Shown here piece after piece: positions 9,020-18,452 of a stretch of 64,000 nt of DNA. The notes under the pieces are model-generated. The model worked only from the letters and a program-made list of their open reading frames with translations, was not told where the DNA came from and made no database searches. A program made the position numbers and the translations under genes. This stretch comes from Candidatus Latescibacterota bacterium (GTDB taxonomy: Bacteria > Latescibacterota > UBA2968 > UBA8231), in NCBI GenBank assembly GCA_965208105.1, contig OZ242318.1:1344001-1408000 (forward strand). Direction: 5' to 3'. Numbering within the stretch: position 1 is the first letter of the stretch; each line of letters opens with the position of its first letter.

Positions 9020-10873
9020 CTACTCCGCGTAGGTCTGCTCGATGAGCTCGGCGCAACTCTCCACGAGCACCCCGGGGACGATCTTCTTGAGCCCTCGAGT
9101 CAAGGTGCCATTCTCCTCACTCAGGGGCTGGGGAAGGAGCGCCACCTTCTGGGGCCGCAGGTAGCCCGGCAGACCGGAAGCGCGCGCCTCGGCGAGAAAC
9201 AGTTGGCGCACCCGCTCGGCCAGCTCCGGATGGCAGCGCAGGGCGTCCTCGTCTGCGGCCGCCAGCCCGGCTGCCTCGGCGTGCTTTCTGGCTTCCTCCA
9301 GATCCACGCTCACCAGGGGCAGGGGAAAGGTACGCGACTGGTCGCCGCAGACCACCACGTGTTCCACCAAGCCGGCGCGCGCGAAGATGCGCTCGAGCAT
9401 CTCCGGATTGACGAACTCCCCGTTCCTCAGCTTGAACTGGCGTCCCACCCGGCCGCGGAAGGTGAGGAAACCGTCGTCTTCCATGCTGAACAAGTCGCCG
9501 GTGCGGTACCACAGCTTCCCGTCCTCCGGGTCCTCCACCAGCACCCTGGCCGTCTGCTCGGGATCGTCCAGGTATCCCTTCATCACGTTGGGACCGCTGA
9601 CCCAGAGCTCCCCAACCTTCTCGCCGCTGCCGCAATAGGAACCGCTGCGGGGGTCGCCGTGTGCCACCTTGGCGCCGCCCTCGTCCACCAGCTTGACCTC
9701 GATGAAGGGCCGCCCCACCGTTCCCGTCCTGCGCCCGCCAAGATGGTTGGAGGAGATCAGAGGAGCGCACTCGGTGACTCCGTAGCCTTCGTAGGTGGTG
9801 ATGTCCAGGACCTCGTGGAAGAAGTCCAGGGCATCGGGGTCGGCCTTGGCGGATCCCACGATGAGCAGTTCCAGGTGACTGCCCACGCGCTGGGCGAGCT
9901 GGCTGCGGACCTTGGCGACGATGCGCTGCCCGAGGGCGGCGTAGAACAGGCGGTCCGACAGGCCGGCCTGCCCCCTGGCCAGGTTCTGCTTGGAGGCCAC
10001 CGAGCGCGCGATCAGCTTGCCCTTGAGGCCCCCGGCATCGATCTCCTTGCGCACGTTGCCGAAGACCTTGTCGAGGACGAGGGGCACGGTCAAAAAGCCC
10101 TCGGGTTCCGAGAGCCGGATATCGGTCAGCACCCGGTCGGGAGAGCGCGCCATGTCCAGAACCCAGCCTTTGGCCAGGGGATAGTATATGTTGAGGATGC
10201 CCATGGAGTGGTAGTCAGGGGCCGACTTGAAAAACCTCAGGGGCTCGCGCTCGCTGATGAGGTCCCACACTTCCTCGACGTTGGCCACGATGTTGGCGTG
10301 GGTCTGCACCACCCCCTTGGGCAGGCCGGAGGACCCGGAGGTATAGAGAATCTTGGACTCGTCCTCCGCCGCGACCTCGACCTCGGGAGGGCCATCCCCC
10401 ATCTCCACGAGCTCAGCCCACGCCAGAGCTCCTTCCCGGCTGCCCTCGGTGAGCACCAGCCTCGGGGCGCGCTGCAAGCGGGCTTCGACGCGGTCGAACT
10501 GCTCGCAGCCCACCTTGTCGACCACCAGGCAGGCCAGTCTCGAGTGGTCGATACTGTGGACCAGGATCTCCTCGGGCGACTTGGTGCACAGAGGAACGGA
10601 GGACATGCCGCAGAGGTCGGCGGCGAGGAAAACCAGGAGCGGTTCGAAGCCCCCGTCGGTGAGAATGCCCACCCGCTGGCCCTTGCCCAGGCCGATCGCG
10701 GCGAATCCCGCCGCCAGCCGGTCGCGCAACTCCCTGAGTTCTCCATAGGTCATGGACTGGTAGCTCAGCTCGCCCTCCCCGCCGGCCACCGGCTGCAGGG
10801 TGCGAACCGCCGCTTTGTCCCCGTTGCGCTCGAAACTCCGCTCCATCAGGTCGTTGAGGGTCTTTGCGTTCAT
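9020..10873 (-). CDS. AMP-dependent long-chain fatty-acid-CoA ligase
   Basis: YTSGSSGLPKG, EGYGVTE, YRTGD and LRNGEFVNP motifs. Confidence 0.88.
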   Translation of the reverse strand: MNAKTLNDLMERSFERNGDKAAVRTLQPVAGGEGELSYQSMTYGELRELRDRLAAGFAAIGLGKGQRVGILTDGGFEPLLVFLAADLCGMSSVPLCTKSPEEILVHSIDHSRLACLVVDKVGCEQFDRVEARLQRAPRLVLTEGSREGALAWAELVEMGDGPPEVEVAAEDESKILYTSGSSGLPKGVVQTHANIVANVEEVWDLISEREPLRFFKSAPDYHSMGILNIYYPLAKGWVLDMARSPDRVLTDIRLSEPEGFLTVPLVLDKVFGNVRKEIDAGGLKGKLIARSVASKQNLARGQAGLSDRLFYAALGQRIVAKVRSQLAQRVGSHLELLIVGSAKADPDALDFFHEVLDITTYEGYGVTECAPLISSNHLGGRRTGTVGRPFIEVKLVDEGGAKVAHGDPRSGSYCGSGEKVGELWVSGPNVMKGYLDDPEQTARVLVEDPEDGKLWYRTGDLFSMEDDGFLTFRGRVGRQFKLRNGEFVNPEMLERIFARAGLVEHVVVCGDQSRTFPLPLVSVDLEEARKHAEAAGLAAADEDALRCHPELAERVRQLFLAEARASGLPGYLRPQKVALLPQPLSEENGTLTRGLKKIVPGVLVESCAELIEQTYAE

Positions 10874-11077
10874 TTTCACCTGCCATCCGCGAGGAAATTT
10901 TGGTTGACAAAACCGCCGGTTCAAGTCAATATAATATCAATAAGCCCTTTGAAAAACCTTTTTGAATTTCCTTGACCTGCTTCGTCCTGCCCTGGATGTA
11001 GCAGGTTTCCCCAGCCTTCCCCGACTCTCCATTCCCCCCGCCCGCCCTCCGTCACGCCCTATCGGGAGTACGTCCCT

Positions 11078-12754
11078 ATGTATGCACCTTCCACCCCCGC
11101 GGTCGTTCATTCATGCGGCAGCACGCGGACACTCCCGGCCCTGGTCCTGGGCCTGTTCGCGGCCTTCGCCTCGGCCTCCCCTTCCTTCGCGCAGGTCCTC
11201 GGCTACAGCGGCGGCATGGGCACGGTTACCGTCGAAGGGCGCCAGTACTTCCGCTTGAACTTCCGCCCGGACATCCCGATGGGGAACTGGGGTCTCGCCC
11301 TGGACATCGAGCTCTTCACCGACGAGGACGGCAATTTCAGCGATCGAGGCTGGCGCTTCGGCTCGGCCACCGAAACCTTCGACACCTTCCTGCGCAAGCT
11401 CTACTACGTGCGCTACGCCCAGCCCCGGGAGGACACCTATTTCAAGGTCGGAGCCCTTGACGAGGTGACTCTCGGATATGGCCTGATCATGAGGGACTAC
11501 CGCAACACTCTGGAATACCCGGGCATCAAGAAGACCGGATTGCAGTTCCACTTCAGGAACCGCGGCACCATGGCCCTGGGAGTCGAAGGGGTGATCAACA
11601 ACATCCAGGACTTTCAGGAGGGCGGCCCCGTGCTGGGATTGAGGCTCTCGGCCAGACCCGCGGGCAATCTCGAGGTGGGTCTGATCTACGTCCTCGACGT
11701 GGACCAGTACAGCGGCCTGCTGGACGGCGACAACGACGGCTTCCCCGACGCGGTAGACGCCTTTCCCTCCGACAAGAACCGCCTGCTCGACAACGACGGC
11801 GACGGCGCCGTCGACCGCGCCGACGTGGACGACGACAACGACGGCATCATCGACATCGACCCGGGCAGCGGCCTTCCCGCCGACATAATCCACACTCTGC
11901 GCGGCATCAACTCGCGCCATGGCGACGAGGTCTTTCCCCTGGACGATGATGTGAGCCGCAAAAACCCGTTCAACAAGGACGCGGTAGGCGGGGACCGCTT
12001 CGGCATCGTGGGACTGGACCTGGCTCACCCGATCATCTATGCGGAGAGCCTCGACCTCAGGCTCTACACCCAACTGGCCTTCCTCCACGACGACGACGAC
12101 GAACTGAGCCCCAACGAAGCGGAGACCCGCGGAGTCGCCCCCGGGAACCGCAAGGCCGAAGGAATGGGGATCGCCATCCCCGGCCTCTATTTGGCGACAG
12201 GTCCCCTGGTGAGCCAGCTCGAGTTCCGCCACTTCCGCGGCGACTTCGATTCGGCCCACTTCGACAATCTCTACGACTTGGACCGCGCCCGCCTGGACCT
12301 GGCCACGGGCAGAGCCACCACCAAGGACTCGCGGCTGCGCCGCGACGCCAGCGCCTCGGGGGTCTACGGGCGCCTGGGCACGGACCTGGGAAGCGTGGTC
12401 AAGGCCGTGGGCGACTACCAGTACATCACCGGGGGCGGCGATCCCAAGCAGCAGTTGCACGCCCAGGCCAGTCTGTCGCCCCAGCTCCTGCGCAATGTCC
12501 CGCGTCTCGCCCAGGCCCAGGCCTTCTACCAGAAGAACAACATCGGCACGCGGCTCAACAAAAACGGCGACCCGGATTCCAGGGACGACTTCTTCGAATC
12601 CACGGAAGACACCTTCTACGGCTACGCCATGGTCCTGGAGATGGCCGGAGGTGTATCGGTCTTCTGGGATACCCGCTTCGTGTTCGAACGCGACGCCGAT
12701 GGCCGCCTGGAACGGGAGAAGATCATGACCATCGAAATCGTGTTCAACTTCTGA
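11078..12754 (+). CDS. Outer-membrane beta-barrel protein with internal Asp-rich Ca-binding (TSP3-like) repeats
   Basis: Signal peptide, amphipathic strands, terminal IVFNF. Insert DGDNDGFPDAVDAFPSD...DNDGDGAVDRADVDDDNDGIIDID. Confidence 0.7.
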   Translation: MYAPSTPAVVHSCGSTRTLPALVLGLFAAFASASPSFAQVLGYSGGMGTVTVEGRQYFRLNFRPDIPMGNWGLALDIELFTDEDGNFSDRGWRFGSATETFDTFLRKLYYVRYAQPREDTYFKVGALDEVTLGYGLIMRDYRNTLEYPGIKKTGLQFHFRNRGTMALGVEGVINNIQDFQEGGPVLGLRLSARPAGNLEVGLIYVLDVDQYSGLLDGDNDGFPDAVDAFPSDKNRLLDNDGDGAVDRADVDDDNDGIIDIDPGSGLPADIIHTLRGINSRHGDEVFPLDDDVSRKNPFNKDAVGGDRFGIVGLDLAHPIIYAESLDLRLYTQLAFLHDDDDELSPNEAETRGVAPGNRKAEGMGIAIPGLYLATGPLVSQLEFRHFRGDFDSAHFDNLYDLDRARLDLATGRATTKDSRLRRDASASGVYGRLGTDLGSVVKAVGDYQYITGGGDPKQQLHAQASLSPQLLRNVPRLAQAQAFYQKNNIGTRLNKNGDPDSRDDFFESTEDTFYGYAMVLEMAGGVSVFWDTRFVFERDADGRLEREKIMTIEIVFNF

Positions 12755-12959
12755 GGCCGGTCGTCAGGTTGCCGCAAAAGGGCTTTTTTATCGCAAATCG
12801 GCCCTTCTTCCCTTTTCCATTTTACATTCCATAGCTATTTTTTCTTATAAAATCGCCTTTTTCACTATAGAGGCTTGCGATCATTCGCCTTTTTTTGTAT
12901 AATCACTGTCTGTGGTATACATAATATTTTAAATTTTTGCATTTTAGGAGGAACTTACC

Positions 12960-14660
12960 ATGAGAGGTGCCGACGCTGTTATCAAAGCCGTGGAGCGCCA
13001 GGGTGTTGAATACATCTTCGGCCATCCCGGTGGCGCCGCCATGCCCATCTTCGACGCTCTGCTGAATTCGCCCCAGCTCAAGCTCATCCTTACCCGCCAC
13101 GAGCAGGGCGCCACCCACATGGCCGACGGCTACGCCCGCGCCTGCGGCAAACCCGGCGTCGTCCTGGTCACCTCGGGACCCGGGGCCACCAACACCATTA
13201 CCGGGCTGCTGACCGCCCACATGGACTCCGTTCCCGTGGTCGTCCTCACAGGCCAGACCATTACCCCCATGCTGGGCAAGGACGCCTTTCAGGAGGCAGA
13301 TGTTTTCGGCATTTCCATGCCCGTGGTCAAGCACTCCTACCTGGTGAGGAGGGCCGACGACATTCCCCGGGTCATGATGGAGGCCTTCCACATCGCCACC
13401 ACCGGGCGCCAGGGGCCGGTGGTCGTCGACCTGCCAAAGGACGTGGCCACGGCGGAGTGCGGGGCGGACTTTCCGTCCAAGGTCCACCTCCCCGGCTACC
13501 ACTGGCAGACCAAGCCCAGCGAGGAAATCCTCCGGGAGGCGGGGGAGCTGCTCAAGGCAAGCAGGCGCCCCCTTCTCTACCTGGGCGGCGGCTGCATCGC
13601 TTCCGGGGCCCACGAGGTCGCCCTGGCCTTTGCCGAGAAGACCCGCATGCCGGTCACCAATACCCTGCTGGGCAAGGGCAGCTTTCCGGAGCAGCACGAG
13701 CTCTCGGTGGGCATGCTGGGCATGCACGGCACCGCCTACGCCAACAAGGCGGTCATCGGCTGCGACCTGATCATGTCGGTGGGAGGGCGCTGGGACGACC
13801 GCATCACCGGCAAGCTCTCCGAGTTCTGCCCGGACGCCAAAAAGATCCACGTGGACATCGATCCGGCCGAATACGGCAAGGTGGTCATGCCCGACGTCTT
13901 TCTGGAGGGCGACGCGCGCCAGGTCCTCGAAGAGCTGATCCACTACGTCGAGCCGCTGGACTCCGAAGCCTGGCTGGCCCAGATAGACTCGTGGAAGGAG
14001 AAGTACCCGCTGAAGTACGGGCGCAGGGGCGGCCTCAAGATGCAGGCGGTCTTCGACCGCCTCTACCACCTCACCGGAGGCAGGGCGGTGGTCAGCACGG
14101 ACGTGGGCCAGCACCAGATGTGGGCCGCCCAGTTCTACAAGACCCGCTACCACCGCCAGTGGCTCTCCTCTGGAGGCGCTGGCTCCATGGGATTCGGCTT
14201 TCCCGCCGCCATCGGCGCGCAGCTGGCGCGTCCGGAGGATCCGGTGGTGGCAATCGTCGGCGACGGCGGCTTCCAGATGACCCTGTGCGAGCTCGCCACC
14301 GCCGCTGTGAACAAAATCCCCGTCAAGGTCCTGGTCATGGACAACCAGTACCTGGGCATGGTGCGCCAGTGGCAGAACCTGTTCTTCGACAACCGCCTCT
14401 CGGGAGTGGACCTGGAAGGCAATCCCGACTTCGTCAAGCTTGCCTCCGCCTACGGCATCGAGGGCGTGCATCTGCGCCGCACCGCCGACATCGACAAGGT
14501 GCTCACCCAGATGCTGCAGACCGACGGCCCCTGCGTGGTCCACGCCCATTGCGAGAAGGAGGACAACGTCTTTCCCATGATTCCCGCCGGGGCCGCTGTC
14601 CACGAGATGCTCGTGGAGCCGCCCAGGACCAGGCTTGCCCAACCCACCGGGAGCACGTGA
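12960..14660 (+). CDS. ilvB: Acetolactate synthase large subunit
   Basis: [20 protein letters not shown] and the GDGGFQM...N TPP-binding motif. Confidence 0.96.
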   Translation: MRGADAVIKAVERQGVEYIFGHPGGAAMPIFDALLNSPQLKLILTRHEQGATHMADGYARACGKPGVVLVTSGPGATNTITGLLTAHMDSVPVVVLTGQTITPMLGKDAFQEADVFGISMPVVKHSYLVRRADDIPRVMMEAFHIATTGRQGPVVVDLPKDVATAECGADFPSKVHLPGYHWQTKPSEEILREAGELLKASRRPLLYLGGGCIASGAHEVALAFAEKTRMPVTNTLLGKGSFPEQHELSVGMLGMHGTAYANKAVIGCDLIMSVGGRWDDRITGKLSEFCPDAKKIHVDIDPAEYGKVVMPDVFLEGDARQVLEELIHYVEPLDSEAWLAQIDSWKEKYPLKYGRRGGLKMQAVFDRLYHLTGGRAVVSTDVGQHQMWAAQFYKTRYHRQWLSSGGAGSMGFGFPAAIGAQLARPEDPVVAIVGDGGFQMTLCELATAAVNKIPVKVLVMDNQYLGMVRQWQNLFFDNRLSGVDLEGNPDFVKLASAYGIEGVHLRRTADIDKVLTQMLQTDGPCVVHAHCEKEDNVFPMIPAGAAVHEMLVEPPRTRLAQPTGST

Positions 14661-15214
14661 TGAACCACAACCACGACCCCATAGCCGCCGAACCCGACCT
14701 CGTCCTCGCGGCTCCCCCCAAGAGAGCCAAGAAGACCACCATCGGCCTGCTGGTCAACGACCGGCCCGGCGTGCTGATGCGCATCAGCCAGGTCTTCAGC
14801 CGCCGAGGCTACAACATCGAGTCCCTGGTGGTGTCTACCGCGCACATCCCCAACAGCTCGCGCATGACCATTACCTGCACCGGCCCCGAAGACGTGCTGC
14901 ACCAGATTATCCTGCAACTGGACAAACTCGTGGACGTCATCCACGCCAGGGACCACAGCGAAGACCAGGCCGTCACCCGCGAGCTGGCCCTCTTCAAGGT
15001 CGGCTGCAGCGTGGAGCAGCGCACCGAGGTCCTGCAGATCACCGAGGTCTTCCGCGGCAAGACCATCGATATCTCCGACAAGACCATCACCATAGAAGCC
15101 ACCGGCACCACCGAGAAGATGGACGCCCTCGAACGCCTGCTGGGCAAATTCGACCTGCGCGAGATGGTCCGCACCGGCAAGGTGGTCATGGCCCGGGGCA
15201 GCGAGACCACGTAG
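14660..15214 (+). CDS. ilvN: Acetolactate synthase small (regulatory) subunit
   Basis: ACT domain NDRPGVLMRISQVFSRRGYNIESL and EMVRTG; start overlaps the ilvB stop (TGATG). Confidence 0.93.
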   Translation: MNHNHDPIAAEPDLVLAAPPKRAKKTTIGLLVNDRPGVLMRISQVFSRRGYNIESLVVSTAHIPNSSRMTITCTGPEDVLHQIILQLDKLVDVIHARDHSEDQAVTRELALFKVGCSVEQRTEVLQITEVFRGKTIDISDKTITIEATGTTEKMDALERLLGKFDLREMVRTGKVVMARGSETT

Positions 15215-15342
15215 TTCCGCGGGGCAGTCAGCTCTCGGCCGCTCCGGGTTTGGCGTCAGAGCGGCGCGGGACCCCGCGCGCGCAAGGGCAGGGACCGGAC
15301 CATTCAGCTTTATCGGAAAGAGTACCGGGAAGGAAATCGACC

Positions 15343-16245
15343 ATGACCCCCGAGCAAGTCATGCAGAATCCACCCAGGGTTCTCACCCGGGAGCAGCGGC
15401 AGTCCTATTTCGACAAGGGATTTCTCCTGGTGGAAGGCCTGATCGACCGGGAGTGGGTCGAGCGCCTTCTGGCCGCCACCGAGGAAATGGTCGAGCGCAG
15501 CCGGGAAATGGCCATCTCGGACGCGGTCTTCGACCTGGAGCCGGACCACACCGCCGCGGCGCCGCGGCTGCGGCGCCTGACCAGCCCGGTGGACCAGCAT
15601 CCGGTCTACTGGGAATTCGCCTCCCGGTCGCCCCTGGCCGACGTGGCGGCCGACCTCGTCGGACCCCACGTCAAGTACCACCACTCCAAGCTGAACTTCA
15701 AGTGGTCCGAAGGCGGGGAGGAGGTCAAGTGGCACCAGGACATCACCTATTGGCCCCACACCAACTACAGCCCTTTGACCATCGGCACCTACCTCCACGA
15801 CGTGGACGGCGACCAGGGACCCCTGGCCGGGGTGGCCGGCAGCCACCAGGGTCCTCTGTTCGACCAGTACGACACCGCCGGCCAGTGGGTCGGCTGCATC
15901 TCCGAGAAGGACCTGCCCGGCGTCGACCTGGACCGGGTGGAGTACCTTACGGGTCCGGCCGGTTCCATCACCGTCCACAACTGCCGCACGGTGCACGGGT
16001 CCAGCAAGAACCTGTCGCCCAAGGGGCGTCCCCTCCTGCTCAACATCTACTCGGCTGCAGATGCCTTCCCCTACACCGCCAATCCTCTGAACAGTCCGCA
16101 GTATTCGGGGACCATTGTGCGCGGCCGGGCGGCGCGCTGGGCCCGCCACGACCCGCGGCCCTGCCTCATACCGCCGGATTGGTCAGGGGGCTACACCTCC
16201 CTCTACGCCCTGCAGCAGCAGGAGGATTGGGAGGCAAACAAATGA
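15343..16245 (+). CDS. Phytanoyl-CoA dioxygenase family (Fe/2-oxoglutarate) protein
   Basis: WHQD...H facial triad and VHGS..N.S...R motif; start ATG 15343. Confidence 0.88.
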   Translation: MTPEQVMQNPPRVLTREQRQSYFDKGFLLVEGLIDREWVERLLAATEEMVERSREMAISDAVFDLEPDHTAAAPRLRRLTSPVDQHPVYWEFASRSPLADVAADLVGPHVKYHHSKLNFKWSEGGEEVKWHQDITYWPHTNYSPLTIGTYLHDVDGDQGPLAGVAGSHQGPLFDQYDTAGQWVGCISEKDLPGVDLDRVEYLTGPAGSITVHNCRTVHGSSKNLSPKGRPLLLNIYSAADAFPYTANPLNSPQYSGTIVRGRAARWARHDPRPCLIPPDWSGGYTSLYALQQQEDWEANK

Positions 16246-16308
16246 TCAGTGCCGGAAAACAGCCAGGCCTTCCAAGAGCAAAGAGAGATTGAAACAGGTT
16301 GTTGGAGG

Positions 16309-16335
16309 AGCCTGAATCGGGGAACGATTCAGGCT
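16309..16335. terminator. Hairpin between convergent genes (probable terminator)
   Basis: Perfect 11-bp stem AGCCTGAATCG / CGATTCAGGCT with a 5-nt loop. Confidence 0.55.
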
Positions 16336-16355
16336 GCACGGGTTTCGCCTGGGCC

Positions 16356-17417
16356 TTAAATCCGGATCCAGTCCGCCAGCTTCTCGTGCTGGAAAATCAT
16401 CGTCTCCTGGATGGGAATCCCGCTTCCAGCCCCCGCCTCCTTGGCGCGCCGGTACATGGCGTGGGCGATGGCCACGTCGACGTAGGCCAGGCCCACGGCG
16501 TTGAAATACACCCGTTCCTGGGCGCTCTCCCTCCCCTTCTTCTCCCCGGCGACCACCTCCACCAGGTTGGCGTATATGTCGTCGTCGGCCAGGACCCCGT
16601 CCTTGTACATGCGGCTCAGGGTCTGGGTCCTGTGCTTGACCGTCTCCCAGTCGTCGCAGACGATCTTGTCACATTGCCGCGCCACCTCGTACTCGTCCTC
16701 CCAGCCGCCGATATGGCTGTAGAAGGCCCCCGGCTTCATCCAGGCCGCTTTGAGCAGGGGGGCCTGGGCGCTGGTGGCCGTGACCAGGATATCGGCGCCC
16801 TCCATGGCCCGCTGCCCATTGGTGGCGGCGGCGACAAAGCGGATGTCCTCGAAGAGGGCGGCCATCTCCTCGACGAACTGGTCCTCCTCCTCGGGGAACT
16901 TGGCGGCAACCCGGCACTCCTCCAGGGACGGGAATACGGTCTTGAGGGCGATAAGGTGCATCTTGGCCTGCTCCCCCGCCCCGATGAAGGCGATGCTGGT
17001 GGACCCGGGCCTGGCGAAATTCCTGGCGGCGATGGCCCCCATGGCCCCCACGCGCATGTTGGAACAAAGGGTCCCGTCCATGAAGGCCACCGGGAATCCC
17101 CTCTCGATCTCGGACAGGATGATGACCGCCGACAGGTTCTGCACCCCGAAGCGGCGAGGATTTTCCGGGAACACCGAAACCCATTTGACCCCGCAGATCT
17201 TCTCCGGCAGCAGCGTCGCCGGCAGGCAGTTGATGCGTTCCTGGGTATCCTGGTTGAAGATCTGCACGACCTTCTCGGGGAACATGATCTCGTCGCGTCG
17301 GAACGCGAGCATTGCGTCCTCCGCTGCGCTCATGGCCAACCCCATGTCCAGGCACCCGGCCCGGAGAAGGTCTTCCTGTGACAGAAACCTGCACTCGATG
17401 CGGTTCTCCCCGCTCAT
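16356..17417 (-). CDS. Ornithine cyclodeaminase / mu-crystallin family protein
   Basis: GVKWVSVFPENP, SNMRVGA, FIGAGEQA, DILVTATSA and FNAVGLAYVD motifs. Confidence 0.88.
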   Translation of the reverse strand: MSGENRIECRFLSQEDLLRAGCLDMGLAMSAAEDAMLAFRRDEIMFPEKVVQIFNQDTQERINCLPATLLPEKICGVKWVSVFPENPRRFGVQNLSAVIILSEIERGFPVAFMDGTLCSNMRVGAMGAIAARNFARPGSTSIAFIGAGEQAKMHLIALKTVFPSLEECRVAAKFPEEEDQFVEEMAALFEDIRFVAAATNGQRAMEGADILVTATSAQAPLLKAAWMKPGAFYSHIGGWEDEYEVARQCDKIVCDDWETVKHRTQTLSRMYKDGVLADDDIYANLVEVVAGEKKGRESAQERVYFNAVGLAYVDVAIAHAMYRRAKEAGAGSGIPIQETMIFQHEKLADWIRI

Positions 17418-17599
17418 GGCTTTGCCTTTCTCGATTCGGGTGAGGGAGCCGGGAAAAGAGTCCCGGCCTGGAAAATTATCCAACGGGCACACATCGATCA
17501 AATCCGCACAACCCCCCGCCGGCTTCCGCATCCGTCGCCGGGCAGCGGCCTTACGCCTTGACAGCCGCCGGACAGGGTTCCATATTCCGTCCGGGTCCC

Positions 17600-18391
17600 A
17601 TGGCAACCGGGATCCGGACCGAAGCCTTCCGAACGCACTCATCCCCCATGACTACCCGACGCTGGCACAAGGCCCAGAGCTCTGAGCGCGCCTGGTGGCA
17701 TTCCCGCGCCGCCGCCATGGACCTGGATTTCTACGCCGTCTTCGCCCGTGCCATGCGCCGCGAGCTGGACGGCATCCTCACCCCGGGTAAAGACACCCGC
17801 GTCCTCGAAATAGGCAGCGGCGCCGCCGGCATCCTCACCCATCTCGGCGAATGCAGCGAGCGCCACGGGGTGGATCCCCTGGAGGAATTCTACGCCTCCG
17901 AGGAACGCTTCAGGGCCTACCGCGACCCCGGCGTGCACTACCACGCGGGCACGGGAGAAGATCTCGGCTTCCCCGCCGACCACTTCCACCTGATCATCAT
18001 GGACAACGTCCTCGACCACTGCGCCGATCCGGACAAGGTACTGGACGAGATCCAGCGAGTGCTACAGCCCGGGGGGACGGTCTACCTGCGCCAGAACACC
18101 TATCACCTCTGGGGCCGCCTGGTGCGCGGGCTGATGGAGTGCTTTCAGATTGACCGTGGACATCCCCACACCTTCTCCAAGGGATATCTGCGGCGGCGCT
18201 ACGAGCAATTGGGACTGGAGGTGCGGTGCTGCCATCGCGGCGGCTACTGGGCCACCTGGAGGGCGGAGATCCGCTCTCCCCGCTCCCTGGACCGGGCCAA
18301 GGCCCTGCTACTGGCCACCCGCGACCGCACGCTCTACATCCTGCAGAAACCGACGCGGTCCGCAGCCGCCGATTCCCGGTCACCTTCCTGA
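17600..18391 (+). CDS. Class I SAM-dependent methyltransferase
   Basis: VLEIGSG, NVLDH and RVLQPGG motifs. Promoter TTGACA(17558)-17-CATATT precedes it; start uncertain (17600 or 17648). Confidence 0.85.
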   Translation: MATGIRTEAFRTHSSPMTTRRWHKAQSSERAWWHSRAAAMDLDFYAVFARAMRRELDGILTPGKDTRVLEIGSGAAGILTHLGECSERHGVDPLEEFYASEERFRAYRDPGVHYHAGTGEDLGFPADHFHLIIMDNVLDHCADPDKVLDEIQRVLQPGGTVYLRQNTYHLWGRLVRGLMECFQIDRGHPHTFSKGYLRRRYEQLGLEVRCCHRGGYWATWRAEIRSPRSLDRAKALLLATRDRTLYILQKPTRSAAADSRSPS

Positions 18392-18452
18392 TTTCCGGGT
18401 ATTGGAAAGGGGTAACGGGCATGGCCGCCGATTGCGCCCCTGCCCGCCTTCC

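Noticed and set aside
10904-10929. TTGAC-N16-GTCAA inverted repeat between divergent genes
   Set aside because: Only 5-bp arms, explainable as -35-like elements; no regulator can be assigned.
8900-10975. Long antisense ORFs (also 12903..14642, 26981..28495, 37559..40189, 54687..56000)
   Set aside because: Each mirrors a well-supported gene on the opposite strand, a typical high-GC artefact.
12760-12955. Very AT-rich stretch upstream of ilvB considered as oriC or an attenuator
   Set aside because: No DnaA-box cluster and no Ile/Leu/Val-rich leader peptide with terminator were seen; most likely just a promoter region.
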